DNA of 38,029 nucleotides from Savagea sp. (GCA_030152265.1 JASLHQ010000115.1:1-38029); one strand, 5' to 3'. Shown: positions 8,781 through 18,538, counted from the stretch's first letter. The notes: generated by a model from the letters alone, not told the origin. Program-made: numbers and translations.

Positions 8781-10424
8781 TTATTCCCCCATTCCTAGTT
8801 CTCGAATAAACTGTTCTCGCAACTTAAATTTTTGAATTTTCCCCGATGCTGTCATCGGATATTCTTCCGTAAAGATGATATAACGCGGAATTTTATGGCG
8901 TGAAATTTTATCCTTACAAAACGCTTTAATTTCTTCAGACGTTGCATTTTCTCCTTCTTTCAAAATAATCCATGCTCCTACTTCTTCTCCATAGCGCTCA
9001 TCTGGAACACCTGTCACTTGAATGTCAAAAATTTTCGGATGGGTGTATAAAAACTCCTCAATTTCACGTGGATAAATATTTTCTCCACCTCGGATAATTA
9101 CTTCTTTCAAACGTCCAGTAATTCGAACAAACCCCATCTCATCCATCGTTGCTAGATCACCCGTTTTTAACCAACCATCCTCAGTAATCGTTTCTTTCGT
9201 CTCTTCAGGTGCATTATAGTAGCCTTTCATGACATGATAGCCACGCGTCCATAATTCCCCTTGTTCTCCGATGTTAGCATCCTCATTCGTTCCAGGGATG
9301 ACGATGCGCACTTCAACATTTGGCATCGTACGTCCGACCGTTTCGACTTTCGAAACAAAATCATCATCATAACGTGTTTGGGTGATGACTGGTGAAGACT
9401 CTGTTTGCCCATAGCAAATCGTAATATCTGTCATCCCCATTTGATCAATAACACTCTTCATCACTTCAACAGGACAGTTGGATCCAGCCATCACACCTGT
9501 ACGTAAAGAGCTAACATCATATTCTTCAAATTTTGGATTGTTCAAAATACTAATGAACATCGTCGGCACTCCATGAACTGCTGTACATCGTTCCTTTTCT
9601 ACTGCTCGCAACACTTCTTCCGCATCAAACTCTTGAATTGGCACCATCGTTCCACCTTGTGAAACAATCGTTAAACTTCCGATAACACAGCCGAAAGTAT
9701 GGAAAAAAGGGACTGGAATACAAAGTCGATCCTGATGCGTTAAATTCATATTATTCGCGATACTACGAGCGTTGTTAATTAAATTGTAATGGGTCAACAT
9801 CACACCTTTAGGAAATCCAGTCGTTCCTGATGTGTATTGAATATTAACAACATCATGAGGTGTCAATTCGGCATGACGAGCGTCGAGCTCTTCGTCTGTT
9901 ACAGTTTGCGCAGCTTCCAATAAATCATCCCAACTTAACATACCTGGTTCTCGACGCTTTCCAAGTAAAATGACACGTTTCAAATTAGGCAAACGCTCAC
10001 ATTGTAAATTCCCTGGTTCGCTTTTTTCAAGCTCTGGACAAAGTGATTTTAATGTCTCAACATAAGAATTATCACGATAACCTTCAATTAAAATGAGCGT
10101 GGTCGATTCAGACTGTTGCAGTAAATATTCCAGTTCAGTTTCTCTGTAATTCGTATTCACTGTGACCAAAGTAGCTCCCATCAATCCTGATGCATATTGT
10201 AATTGAATCCACTCCGGAACATTCGTCGCCCAGACTGCCATATTCTCCTCGATTTCTAAACCGAGCCCCATCAATCCTTTTGCCACATTACGAACTGCTT
10301 CATAAAATTGTGCATAAGTTAAACGTAGCTCACGGTCTGGATAAACGACCGCCTCTTCATTCGATCGTAACTTTGCTTGTTCTGCTAACATTTGGCCTAT
10401 TGTTTGTTCTACTAATGTCGTCAT
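8781..10424 (-). CDS. yngI: AMP-binding acyl-CoA synthetase (YngI-like)
   Basis: QYTSGTTGFPKG, YGQTE and TASGKIQK motifs; position in the yng operon. Confidence 0.82.
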   Translation of the reverse strand: MTTLVEQTIGQMLAEQAKLRSNEEAVVYPDRELRLTYAQFYEAVRNVAKGLMGLGLEIEENMAVWATNVPEWIQLQYASGLMGATLVTVNTNYRETELEYLLQQSESTTLILIEGYRDNSYVETLKSLCPELEKSEPGNLQCERLPNLKRVILLGKRREPGMLSWDDLLEAAQTVTDEELDARHAELTPHDVVNIQYTSGTTGFPKGVMLTHYNLINNARSIANNMNLTHQDRLCIPVPFFHTFGCVIGSLTIVSQGGTMVPIQEFDAEEVLRAVEKERCTAVHGVPTMFISILNNPKFEEYDVSSLRTGVMAGSNCPVEVMKSVIDQMGMTDITICYGQTESSPVITQTRYDDDFVSKVETVGRTMPNVEVRIVIPGTNEDANIGEQGELWTRGYHVMKGYYNAPEETKETITEDGWLKTGDLATMDEMGFVRITGRLKEVIIRGGENIYPREIEEFLYTHPKIFDIQVTGVPDERYGEEVGAWIILKEGENATSEEIKAFCKDKISRHKIPRYIIFTEEYPMTASGKIQKFKLREQFIRELGMGE

Positions 10425-10493
10425 GTAAATCCCCTTTCATCTTTCCGCCTTTAAAGTACTTGATGACCGAAAACAATAGTGACAAAGTGATTT

Positions 10494-11633
10494 TTAACAG
10501 CCGATAGCGCGTGAAATAACGATGCGTTGAATTTCTGACGTCCCTTCCCCAATTTCCATTAACTTCATGTCTCTTAAATGACGCTCGACGTCATATTCTT
10601 TCATATACCCGTACCCTCCATGTATTTGAATCGCTTGATTACATGTACGGAATCCCATTTCTGATGCAAATAATTTCGCCATAGCAGCCTCTTTATTGAA
10701 TGGTTTATCATGATCTTTTAACCATGCTGCTTTGTGTACCATATTTCGTGCAAGTTCAATTTCCATCGCCATATTTGCAAGTTTAAATTGCGTCGCTTGA
10801 AATTCCGATAGTGCTTTACCAAATTGCATACGCTCCTTCGAATAATGGAGCGCTTTTTCGTAGGCCGCTTGCGCAATCCCTACCGAAAGTGCAGCGATTG
10901 AAATACGACCACCATCCAATGTCTTCAAAAATTGTGAAAATCCACGTTTCGGATCACCGAGAATATTTTCCGCTGGTACATGCACGTCTTCTAAAATAAT
11001 TTCACAAGTGTTCGAACCACGAACTCCCATTTTATTGTAGTTACAATTAATCGTGACACCTTTCGTATCTGTCGGTACGATGAAAGCAGTAATAATTTTT
11101 CTACCTGCTTCTTCTCCTGTTACAGCAGTCACAATAATTTGACGCGCAAATCCTGCGTTCGTAATCCATACTTTTTCTCCGTTAATGATATATTCATCTC
11201 CACTTTTTTTCGCTGTCGTACGTGTCCCTCCAGCGTCGCTCCCTGCACTAGGCTCCGTCAGTCCAAACGAACCAAGTGTTTCTCCTTTGGCAAGCGGTAC
11301 GAGCCATTCTTGTTTCTGTTCTTCTGTACCAAATTGATAAATCGGCGTCGCTCCGAGACTGAGCGCTGCTGCGTAACTTAATCCCGTTCCACCACAAGCA
11401 CGCCCGATTTCCTCAACTGCTAAAGTGTACGAAATGGTGTCCGCTCCAGAGCCCCCATACTCTTCAGGAAACGGCAATCCCATCAGTCCAAGCTCAGCCA
11501 TTTTATGAAATGTTTCGATTCGCATCTCCGCTTTTTCATCGACTTCTTGTGCATAAGGCTTCACTTCATTTTCTGCAAACTCTCTCACCATGTCTCGAAT
11601 CATCTTCTGTTCTTTCGTCAATTCAAAATTCAT
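10494..11633 (-). CDS. yngJ: Acyl-CoA dehydrogenase (isovaleryl-CoA type, YngJ-like)
   Basis: FGLTEPSAGSDA, QIHGGYGY and EIGEGTSEIQR motifs. Confidence 0.85.
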   Translation of the reverse strand: MNFELTKEQKMIRDMVREFAENEVKPYAQEVDEKAEMRIETFHKMAELGLMGLPFPEEYGGSGADTISYTLAVEEIGRACGGTGLSYAAALSLGATPIYQFGTEEQKQEWLVPLAKGETLGSFGLTEPSAGSDAGGTRTTAKKSGDEYIINGEKVWITNAGFARQIIVTAVTGEEAGRKIITAFIVPTDTKGVTINCNYNKMGVRGSNTCEIILEDVHVPAENILGDPKRGFSQFLKTLDGGRISIAALSVGIAQAAYEKALHYSKERMQFGKALSEFQATQFKLANMAMEIELARNMVHKAAWLKDHDKPFNKEAAMAKLFASEMGFRTCNQAIQIHGGYGYMKEYDVERHLRDMKLMEIGEGTSEIQRIVISRAIGC

Positions 11634-11657
11634 GTATATTTCCCCCTTTTAAATGAA

Positions 11658-11671
11658 ACCGACTAGTCGGT
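11658..11671. promoter_or_regulatory. Putative TetR operator upstream of yngJ
   Basis: Perfect palindrome ACCGACTAGTCGGT, related to the motifs at 23926 and 26663. Confidence 0.7.
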
Positions 11672-11688
11672 CTGTGAATGGTTAATAT

Positions 11689-11714
11689 AAAAACCAGTGG
11701 TCATTCACCTGGTT
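11689..11714 (-). terminator. Terminator-like hairpin after the TetR gene
   Basis: Minus strand AACCAGGTG-AATGAC-CACTGGTT followed by TTTATATT. Confidence 0.45.
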
Positions 11715-11717
11715 CCT

Positions 11718-12326
11718 TTACAAGTAGTATGGAGTTGCTTCAACTTTCCCTTTTTCCGTCACTATCGAGCGTAAAATCATATCGACAAAAATAGAAGTAA
11801 TATCTTCCATCGCTAACTTCCCTTTTTTGTCAAACCATTTATGTGTCCAGTTCACCATCCCTGTAATAGATAAAGCGACAATCGTTACCGGTAATTCTTT
11901 ACGAAAATCCCCAGTTTCTTGCCCTTCTCGTATAACTTCTTCTAAAATTTCTCGATATCGTCTACGCTTCGCTTTCATTTCAGGATGATAACGTTCCGGT
12001 AATGACTGACTCTCTTGATAAAATACTCGAATATGTGGTTGATACATGTCGAATACTTTCGTAAAAGATACGAGCATTTGTACGAGCCGTGCTACTGGTG
12101 TATCATACTCTTCACAAATTCGCTCGGAATCTCGAATTACATAAGTGATAAAGACGTCGTGAATTTCATAGAGCAATTGATCTTTTGAAGTGAAATAGTG
12201 ATAAAATCCACCTTTTGAACTTCCCGCGGCTTGGACGATATCATTTACCGTCACATGATTATAGCCGTGTTCTTCAAACAATTGTAAGGAAACTTCAACG
12301 AGACGTTCTTTTAAATTTTTTTTCAT
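11718..12326 (-). CDS. TetR/AcrR-family regulator (KstR2-like C-terminal domain)
   Basis: N-terminal HTH (SSKGGFYHYF) and C-terminal GMVNWTHKWF. Confidence 0.88.
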   Translation of the reverse strand: MKKNLKERLVEVSLQLFEEHGYNHVTVNDIVQAAGSSKGGFYHYFTSKDQLLYEIHDVFITYVIRDSERICEEYDTPVARLVQMLVSFTKVFDMYQPHIRVFYQESQSLPERYHPEMKAKRRRYREILEEVIREGQETGDFRKELPVTIVALSITGMVNWTHKWFDKKGKLAMEDITSIFVDMILRSIVTEKGKVEATPYYL

Positions 12327-12396
12327 ATTGTAATCATTCCCTTACTTCGCTCATCAGCTCATTGACTGTACACAATTAACCGATATAGCCGAATTT

Positions 12397-12410
12397 TGTT
12401 AGCGCTTTCA
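12397..12410. promoter_or_regulatory. cre (CcpA) site upstream of the TetR-yng locus
   Basis: TGTTAGCGCTTTCA (reverse complement TGAAAGCGCTAACA), full consensus match. Confidence 0.78.
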
Positions 12411-12646
12411 AAATGTTTAGCGATGAACTTATATCTATCATACAGAGCACTTTCCAATCATTCCAATACATAAAATGAATAAACATTATGCTTAATCGTT
12501 ATAAATGATTTTCTTTTAATTTATCGCCTCTCTTTTTATATGCAAAAAGTGTTAGCCTATCCTTATCGACACTAAATTACTTCATTAAAAATCGCCTTCG
12601 TAAGGGCGGACAATATTTATCTCGAGGGACAATCACTAACGAACAG

Positions 12647-12681
12647 AAAAAAGCGAAATCGCTAAAATCGATTTCGCTTTT
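12647..12681 (-). terminator. Terminator after 3-hydroxyacyl-CoA dehydrogenase
   Basis: AAAAGCGAAATCG-loop-CGATTTCGCTTTT with a minus-strand U tract. Confidence 0.8.
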
Positions 12682-12685
12682 GTTG

Positions 12686-13582
12686 TTATTTCAAAAACTC
12701 AGGATGAGCAAAGCTTGGATTTGGATATTTATAAAACCCTTCTCCCGTTTCACGCCCTAATTTTCCTTGATCGATGTATCGTTCTTTCAACAATTGAGCT
12801 AAGCGGATGTAGTTATCATTTTTTGTAGCTTCCGCCTTCATTTGAACGATATTGTACGCTGTCTTAATTCCAACAATGTCTAAAATAGCAAACGGTCCAA
12901 GTGGAGCACCTGTGCCGATCATCCATGTTTTATCAATCGTTTCAGGATCTGCGACTTCATTCACATAGAGCATTTCTGCTGCATCTAATAGTGGGACGAG
13001 TAATGAATTTAAAATGTAACCAGGTTGTTCTTTATACAATGGAAGAGCGACCATGCCAATCGATTGAGCAAATTGAACGACTTCGTCGAAATACTTTTGT
13101 TCTGTTCCTTCATGCCCCATCACTTCAGCTGTATTGTTACGCCAAATATGATTGGCAAAGTGAAGAGCTAAAAACTTTTCAGGTCGACCTGTTGCTTCCG
13201 CAAATTGACTCGGTAAAAGCGTCGATGTATTCGTCACAAATACTGTATGTTCAGGGGCTAACGTTGCTATTTTTTTATAAAAATCTACTTTGATTGCAAT
13301 CACTTCTGGAATCGCTTCAATGACAAGATCGGCTTCTTTTACAGCCTCGGCTAAGTCGCTCGTGTACGTCAAACGTTCGTGCGCCGCTTGTAACTGTTCA
13401 TCTGTTGCTTTTAAATCTTGTCGATACGGTTCATTGAGTGCCGCTGTGCGTTCTTTTGCTTGTGCAATCGCTTCTTCAGAAATGTCATACAATGTGACAT
13501 CATATCCAAAATATGCTGTTTGCATTGCAATTTGACTGCCTAAGACGCCTCCACCTGCTACTGTTACATGCTGATAATTCAT
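12686..13582 (-). CDS. 3-hydroxyacyl(butyryl)-CoA dehydrogenase
   Basis: Rossmann GGGVLG, EAIPE, TNTSTL and LHFAN motifs. Start moved to ATG 13582 after RBS GAGGAGG. Confidence 0.88.
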   Translation of the reverse strand: MNYQHVTVAGGGVLGSQIAMQTAYFGYDVTLYDISEEAIAQAKERTAALNEPYRQDLKATDEQLQAAHERLTYTSDLAEAVKEADLVIEAIPEVIAIKVDFYKKIATLAPEHTVFVTNTSTLLPSQFAEATGRPEKFLALHFANHIWRNNTAEVMGHEGTEQKYFDEVVQFAQSIGMVALPLYKEQPGYILNSLLVPLLDAAEMLYVNEVADPETIDKTWMIGTGAPLGPFAILDIVGIKTAYNIVQMKAEATKNDNYIRLAQLLKERYIDQGKLGRETGEGFYKYPNPSFAHPEFLK

Positions 13583-13663
13583 GATCATCCTCCTCATTAT
13601 TTTAAAATAGAGATGTTCTCTTTTATCATAACGGACTTCTACACCTGTTACCAGCATTTACCT

Positions 13664-14617
13664 TCAGCTTAATATTCGTTTTTTAGCCTCTTCATATTGC
13701 ATACTGAGCGATTCGATATACTCAGAAGCTTTTTGAATTTCTTTCACTGCGCCAATCCCTTGCCCTGCTCCCCAAATATCTTTCCAAGCTTTATGCGCAC
13801 TATCTCCGCCAAAATTCATTTTTGTCGGATCGCTTTCAGGGAGATTGTCAGGATCCATACCTGCTGCGCGAATAGAAGGTGCTAAATAGTTGCCATGTAC
13901 GCCCGTGAAGTAATTGCTGTATACGATATCGTCCGAATTACTTTCAACGATCGTCTCCTTATAGTCTTTTACCGCATTCGCTTCTTCTGTCGCAATAAAT
14001 GGTGAACCGATATAGGCAAAATCTGCCCCCATCGCTTCTGCTGCTAATACGCTATCTCCTGTTGCGATCGACCCTGCAAGTGCGAGCGGTCCATCGAACC
14101 ATTCTCGAATTTCTTGGACGAGCGCGAATGGACTTTTAACACCCGCATGTCCTCCGGCTCCTGCAGCAACAGCGATCAAGCCATCCGCTCCTTTTTCAAT
14201 CGCTTTTTTAGCGAAGAAATTGTTAATGACATCATGAAATACAATCCCACCGTATTCATGTGCTGCTTCATATACATCTTCTCTCGCACCGAGCGATGTA
14301 ATGATGATCGGTACTTTATATTTTTGACATAATGCCATATCTTCCTCTAATCGTTCATTCGACCGATGAACAATTTGATTAATCGCAAAAGGTGCAGCAG
14401 GACGTTCTGGATTTTGTTTATTGTAAGCATCTAATGTCTCTGTAATTTCAGCGAGCCATTCATCGAGCTGTGATGAAGGACGAGCATTCAATGCGGGCAT
14501 CGATCCGACAATTCCTGCCTTACATTGTTCGATGACAAGTTTCGGTGTGCTGACGATAAACATCGGAGATCCGATGACTGGAATACGTAGTTGTTCTTTT
14601 AATTGAAGCGCTTTCAT
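13664..14617 (-). CDS. Nitronate monooxygenase/FabK-like FMN oxidoreductase
   Basis: GSPMFIVS, AGAGGHAG and AWKDIWGAGQG motifs. Start moved to ATG 14617 after RBS AAAGGGG. Confidence 0.85.
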   Translation of the reverse strand: MKALQLKEQLRIPVIGSPMFIVSTPKLVIEQCKAGIVGSMPALNARPSSQLDEWLAEITETLDAYNKQNPERPAAPFAINQIVHRSNERLEEDMALCQKYKVPIIITSLGAREDVYEAAHEYGGIVFHDVINNFFAKKAIEKGADGLIAVAAGAGGHAGVKSPFALVQEIREWFDGPLALAGSIATGDSVLAAEAMGADFAYIGSPFIATEEANAVKDYKETIVESNSDDIVYSNYFTGVHGNYLAPSIRAAGMDPDNLPESDPTKMNFGGDSAHKAWKDIWGAGQGIGAVKEIQKASEYIESLSMQYEEAKKRILS

Positions 14618-14636
14618 TTTAATTTCCCCTTTCATA

Positions 14637-14656
14637 ACGAATGAACATTCATTCAT
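14637..14656. promoter_or_regulatory. FadR (YsiA) box
   Basis: ACGAATGAACATTCATTCAT resembles TGAATGANTANTCATTCA and the boxes upstream of fadR. Confidence 0.7.
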
Positions 14657-14774
14657 AATTTATTTAAATTTTATCACAATTTATACATAAACTCTACTTT
14701 CTACTCGTTTACAAAGGATTAACATTCGTTCAGCTCAAATTATGCTACTGTAAGTATAAAAGGAATGAGCGATT

Positions 14775-15941
14775 TTGAAACATTATGTAGATATTTTTAC
14801 GATTGCTTTAAGACTCGGACTCACTTCTTTCGGTGGTCCCACTGCGCACCTCGCGTATTTCCATAATGAATATGTGAAACAAAAACGTTGGTTATCGGAA
14901 AAAAGTTATGCAGATCTCGTGGCGCTTTCTCAGTTTTTACCAGGTCCTGCAAGTAGCCAAGTAGGAATCGGCATTGGATTGTATCGAGGAGGATTGTTTG
15001 GAGGACTACTTGCTTTTCTAGGGTTCACTCTTCCTTCTGTCTTTTTACTCATCGCTTTCGCTATGTGGTTTCCTACTGACTTAGCCTTTGCAGCCGGTTT
15101 GTTGAAAGGTTTACAGCTCGTCGCCGTCGCTATTGTAGCGCACGCTATTATTGGTATGAGTAAATCACTTGCTCCCGATACTTCTCGCCAATGGATTGCT
15201 TTTGTTGCGATGGCTACCATGTTGCTCTTTCCTCATCCATTTATTCAAATCGGAATTATTCTCATTGCAGCATGTGTAGGAAGATTGCTTTTCACTCAAA
15301 TCATTCAGCAACAAAATCGTCCAGGTGAGCACGTACCTATTTCAAAAACTGCTGGGAGTGTCGCGCTTGTTCTCTTTTTCTTCTTTCTTTTCGCTCCCCC
15401 GATCATATTAGCATGGAAAGACATTCCGACCCTTTCCTTTTTTGAATCATTTTATCAATCAGGAGCCCTCGTTTTTGGAGGCGGTCATGTCGTCTTGCCT
15501 CTTTTAGAACAACAATTCGTCTCCCCGACCGGCTTGTCAGGAGAAACATTTTTAGCTGGGTATGGTGCCGCTCAAGCCGTTCCGGGTCCTCTTTTCACAT
15601 TTGCGGCCTATTTAGGAGCTGTGCTCAACGGCCCGATTGGTGGATTGTTTGCAACATTTGCGATGTTTTTACCTGCTTTTTTATTGATTGTAGGCGCTCT
15701 CCCATTTTGGGATCTGTTGCGCAATAACACACATATGCAAGGAGCAGTAAGCGCGATGAATGCCGCTGTACTCGGATTATTAATCGCAGCATTTTATGAC
15801 CCAATTTGGACGAGTTCGATGACATCTTCTATTCACTTTACAATTGCTAGTTTACTCTTCATTCTTTTACAGTTTCAAAAATGGCCTTCTTGGAAAATTG
15901 TCTTACTTGGTGCGATCATTGGAGCATTTTTTCTTTCTTAA
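14775..15941 (+). CDS. chrA: Chromate efflux transporter, long-chain CHR family
   Basis: LGLTSFGGP, SQFLPGPASSQ, GALVFGGGHVVLP and AQAVPGPLF motifs. TTG start. Confidence 0.9.
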   Translation: MKHYVDIFTIALRLGLTSFGGPTAHLAYFHNEYVKQKRWLSEKSYADLVALSQFLPGPASSQVGIGIGLYRGGLFGGLLAFLGFTLPSVFLLIAFAMWFPTDLAFAAGLLKGLQLVAVAIVAHAIIGMSKSLAPDTSRQWIAFVAMATMLLFPHPFIQIGIILIAACVGRLLFTQIIQQQNRPGEHVPISKTAGSVALVLFFFFLFAPPIILAWKDIPTLSFFESFYQSGALVFGGGHVVLPLLEQQFVSPTGLSGETFLAGYGAAQAVPGPLFTFAAYLGAVLNGPIGGLFATFAMFLPAFLLIVGALPFWDLLRNNTHMQGAVSAMNAAVLGLLIAAFYDPIWTSSMTSSIHFTIASLLFILLQFQKWPSWKIVLLGAIIGAFFLS

Positions 15942-15986
15942 ATCCTCTCTTCCTTTCTGTTAAACTAATGAAAAGGAGGGAATGTT

Positions 15987-16421
15987 TTGAATTTCAAGAA
16001 AAGTCATCTCGTTCATGCAAGTCGTCCATTAACCGGATATTCACTCGAAACGATTGAACGAGAAATCGAAACATTATTTGATGAATTATACAGTACGATT
16101 GAACTGAAAAAAGGGGATTTTAGGCAGATGAGCGCCTTTGATTTGGATGTCATCATTGCCGTCATTGAAGCACAAAAAGCGCGTCGCAACGATTCTGCAT
16201 TTATTTTAACGATCTTTTCCAGTTTAATTGCACTCGCTACGGTAGCGACTACTGATTTAATTGAAAGTTGGACGATTAGTCATTTACTTACATTCGTCTT
16301 CATTTGGATTGTATTGCTCATGTTAGTCGAACGTTTTTTTGACCATCGCAACGAACGACTTGTTTTGCTCGGGGAATATTTAGCTTTATACAAAGATTAT
16401 AAGTTTTCAAAAGACATATAA
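15987..16421 (+). CDS. Hypothetical membrane protein with two C-terminal TM helices
   Basis: 144 aa, strong RBS AAAGGAGG, TTG start, terminator directly after. No family recognised. Confidence 0.65.
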   Translation: MNFKKSHLVHASRPLTGYSLETIEREIETLFDELYSTIELKKGDFRQMSAFDLDVIIAVIEAQKARRNDSAFILTIFSSLIALATVATTDLIESWTISHLLTFVFIWIVLLMLVERFFDHRNERLVLLGEYLALYKDYKFSKDI

Positions 16422-16462
16422 AAAGCGTACATCGCCTAAAACTAGGTGATGTACGCTTTTTT
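16420..16462. terminator. Bidirectional terminator
   Basis: AAAAAGCGTACATCGCCTA-loop-TAGGTGATGTACGCTTTTT between the convergent hypothetical gene and tRNA. Confidence 0.85.
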
Positions 16463-16473
16463 ACTCATTATGA

Positions 16474-16547
16474 CGTCCCAGAAGGGATTCGAACCCCCGA
16501 CCGTTCGCTTAGAAGGCGAATGCTCTATCCAGCTGAGCTACTGGGAC
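16474..16547 (-). tRNA. tRNA-Arg (anticodon UCU); CCA not encoded
   Basis: GTCCCAGTAGCTCAGCTGGATAGAGCATTCGCCTTCTAAGCGAACGGTCGGGGGTTCGAATCCCTTCTGGGACG folds as a cloverleaf; followed by TCA. Confidence 0.97.
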
Positions 16548-16585
16548 TTGTACCGCTCCCTCATCCGAAGAAACGGACATCCATT

Positions 16586-16614
16586 ATTATATGGAATATA
16601 TCTCATTTTGTCAA
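16586..16614 (-). promoter_or_regulatory. Consensus sigmaA promoter for tRNA-Arg
   Basis: TTGACA(16614-16609)-N17-TATAAT(16591-16586). Confidence 0.85.
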
Positions 16615-16616
16615 TG

Positions 16617-17111
16617 CTATTTAAAAATTACTTCGTGTACAATGACTCCTTTAGGTGTTCGATACGTCACTTTCACACTGCCATCAATGCGAACGTCTAA
16701 AATAGCGAATGTCGCAGGATTTCCGCCGCGCGGACGAGTAAAGCTTCCAGGGTTTAAATAAAGTGTTTCCCCCACTTGTTCCGCACCGAGTAAATGAGTA
16801 TGTCCGAATAATACGATATCTGCATCCACTTCTTGTGCCCGATAATCTAAACGTTGTAAACCGTTATAAATATCGTATAAATGACCGTGTGTAATAAAAA
16901 TCGTCTTCCCACCTAGTGTGACAGATAATTCTGTTTCGTACCGTACATCTCGATCATTGTTTCCCCGTATGCGATACATTCCTTGCATCGCTTTTGCATC
17001 ATAATCAAGTTCACTATCCCCTGCATGAAAAATCGCATCGGCTTGATACGCATCGAGCACTTGTCGAAATTGCGTATCTCCATGCGTATCGCTGACGACG
17101 ATTATTCGCAT
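16617..17111 (-). CDS. ysnB: Metallophosphoesterase YsnB/YfcE family
   Basis: SDTHG, HAGD, RGNND, THGH, FGHTH and NPGS motifs; synteny. Confidence 0.88.
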   Translation of the reverse strand: MRIIVVSDTHGDTQFRQVLDAYQADAIFHAGDSELDYDAKAMQGMYRIRGNNDRDVRYETELSVTLGGKTIFITHGHLYDIYNGLQRLDYRAQEVDADIVLFGHTHLLGAEQVGETLYLNPGSFTRPRGGNPATFAILDVRIDGSVKVTYRTPKGVIVHEVIFK

Positions 17112-17125
17112 AGTGTCATCCCCTT

Positions 17126-17713
17126 TTAAATAAGTTGATCGAGCTCTTCTTCTAACTGACGCAATGCTGCCCCTCGATGTGAAATTTCACCTTTCTCTTC
17201 CGCTGATAATTGAGCCATCGAGCGATTCAAAGATGGAACAAAGAAAATCGGGTCGTATCCGAATCCGTTACTCCCCACACGCTCTTTTAAAATTTCACCT
17301 TCACAAGTTCCTTCGTACGTACGTGTCGGTAAATTAGGACCTGCGATAGCGAGCACACATTTAAAGCGCGCTTGACGATTGTCGACATTCTCTAATTTTT
17401 GAAGCACTAAGTCAATATTAGCTTCGTCATCTTTATCGAGTCCTGCATAACGTGCTGAATAAACACCGGGTTCCCCGTTAAGCGCATCAATTTCCAACCC
17501 TGAATCGTCCGCAATGACATTCATTTGAAGTAAACGCGCTGCTCCTTCTGCTTTTAAAATCGCATTTTCTTCAAATGTCGTTCCTGTCTCTTCAATATCG
17601 ATATATTCAGGCATATCTTGAAGCGTGCGCACTGTAATGCCGAGCGGCTTAAAGAGTGCTTCAAAGTCTTTCGCTTTTCCTAAATTATTCGTTGCGATTA
17701 AAATTTCATTCAT
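17126..17713 (-). CDS. rdgB: XTP/dITP diphosphatase (HAM1 family)
   Basis: [21 protein letters not shown] and SHRG motifs. Confidence 0.93.
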   Translation of the reverse strand: MNEILIATNNLGKAKDFEALFKPLGITVRTLQDMPEYIDIEETGTTFEENAILKAEGAARLLQMNVIADDSGLEIDALNGEPGVYSARYAGLDKDDEANIDLVLQKLENVDNRQARFKCVLAIAGPNLPTRTYEGTCEGEILKERVGSNGFGYDPIFFVPSLNRSMAQLSAEEKGEISHRGAALRQLEEELDQLI

Positions 17714-18461
17714 TCGTTTCGTCCTGCCTTCCGATACTTTGTGCTACTTCACCTAAAACATCACGTTGTAAATCGATCAATTGTTGAATACCGCCTTCTG
17801 CAAGTTCAATCAAATCAAACATTTCGCGTTTCGTAAATGTAGCTTCTTCTCCCGTTCCTTGCAATTCTACAAATTCTCCATTCGATGTCATAATGATGTT
17901 CATGTCGACATCGGCACTTGAATCTTCTACAAAATCTAAATCGAGTACGAGATTTTCGCCTACTTTACCGACGCTCGTCGCTGCTAAATATTGTGTTAAT
18001 GGGAACGTTTCAAAACGTTCTTCTTGATCTAACTTGTCAAGGGCTAATGCGAGTGCGACAAAAGCTCCTGTGATCGATGCTGTACGTGTTCCGCCGTCTG
18101 CTTGAATGACATCACAATCAACCCAAACTGTTTTTTCTCCTAATGCCTCTAAGTTCGTCACCGCTCGTAAAGCTCGGCCGATGAGACGTTGAATTTCCAT
18201 CGTACGACCTGTCACCTTACCACGTGAAGATTCACGTGACGTACGTTCTGTCGTCGCGCGTGGAAGCATAGAATATTCCGCCGTAATCCAACCTTTTCCT
18301 GTTCCGCGAATAAAGTGGGGTACGCGCGTTTCAATCGTCGCATTACAAATGACTTTCGTATTGCCTACTTCGATGAGAACCGAACCTTCTGGATGAATGA
18401 TAAAGTTAGGTGTCATCGTCACCGGACGTAATTGTTGTGCTGTTCTGCCGTCGTGTCTCAT
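17706..18461 (-). CDS. rph: Ribonuclease PH
   Basis: MRHDGR start (ATG 18461, RBS AAAGGAG); [14 protein letters not shown] and [12 protein letters not shown] motifs. Confidence 0.96.
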   Translation of the reverse strand: MRHDGRTAQQLRPVTMTPNFIIHPEGSVLIEVGNTKVICNATIETRVPHFIRGTGKGWITAEYSMLPRATTERTSRESSRGKVTGRTMEIQRLIGRALRAVTNLEALGEKTVWVDCDVIQADGGTRTASITGAFVALALALDKLDQEERFETFPLTQYLAATSVGKVGENLVLDLDFVEDSSADVDMNIIMTSNGEFVELQGTGEEATFTKREMFDLIELAEGGIQQLIDLQRDVLGEVAQSIGRQDETNE

Positions 18462-18504
18462 AATCGAGCTCCTTTTCTTTTTATAATCTCCCTTTATTGT
18501 ACAC

Positions 18505-18535
18505 AAAAAAAGCGCAAGTTCCTATGCCTTGCGCT
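18505..18535 (-). terminator. Terminator after racE
   Basis: Minus strand AGCGCAAG...CTTGCGCT followed by TTTTTT. Confidence 0.7.
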
Positions 18536-18538
18536 CGT

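Noticed and set aside
11674..11714. Alternative pairing GTGAATG/CATTCAC as an attenuator before yngJ
   Set aside because: The competing arm is transcribed after the terminator-like stem and is short; no leader peptide or T-box is present.
14603..14616. cre-like TGAAAGCGCTTCAA over the NMO start codon
   Set aside because: The 3' half deviates from consensus and the sequence is explained by the codons M-K-A-L-Q.
16420..16547. Prophage or ICE att site at tRNA-Arg
   Set aside because: No integrase and no repeat of the tRNA 3' end seen in the window.
16446..16700. 84-aa plus-strand ORF
   Set aside because: It is antisense to tRNA-Arg, its promoter and the ysnB 3' end.
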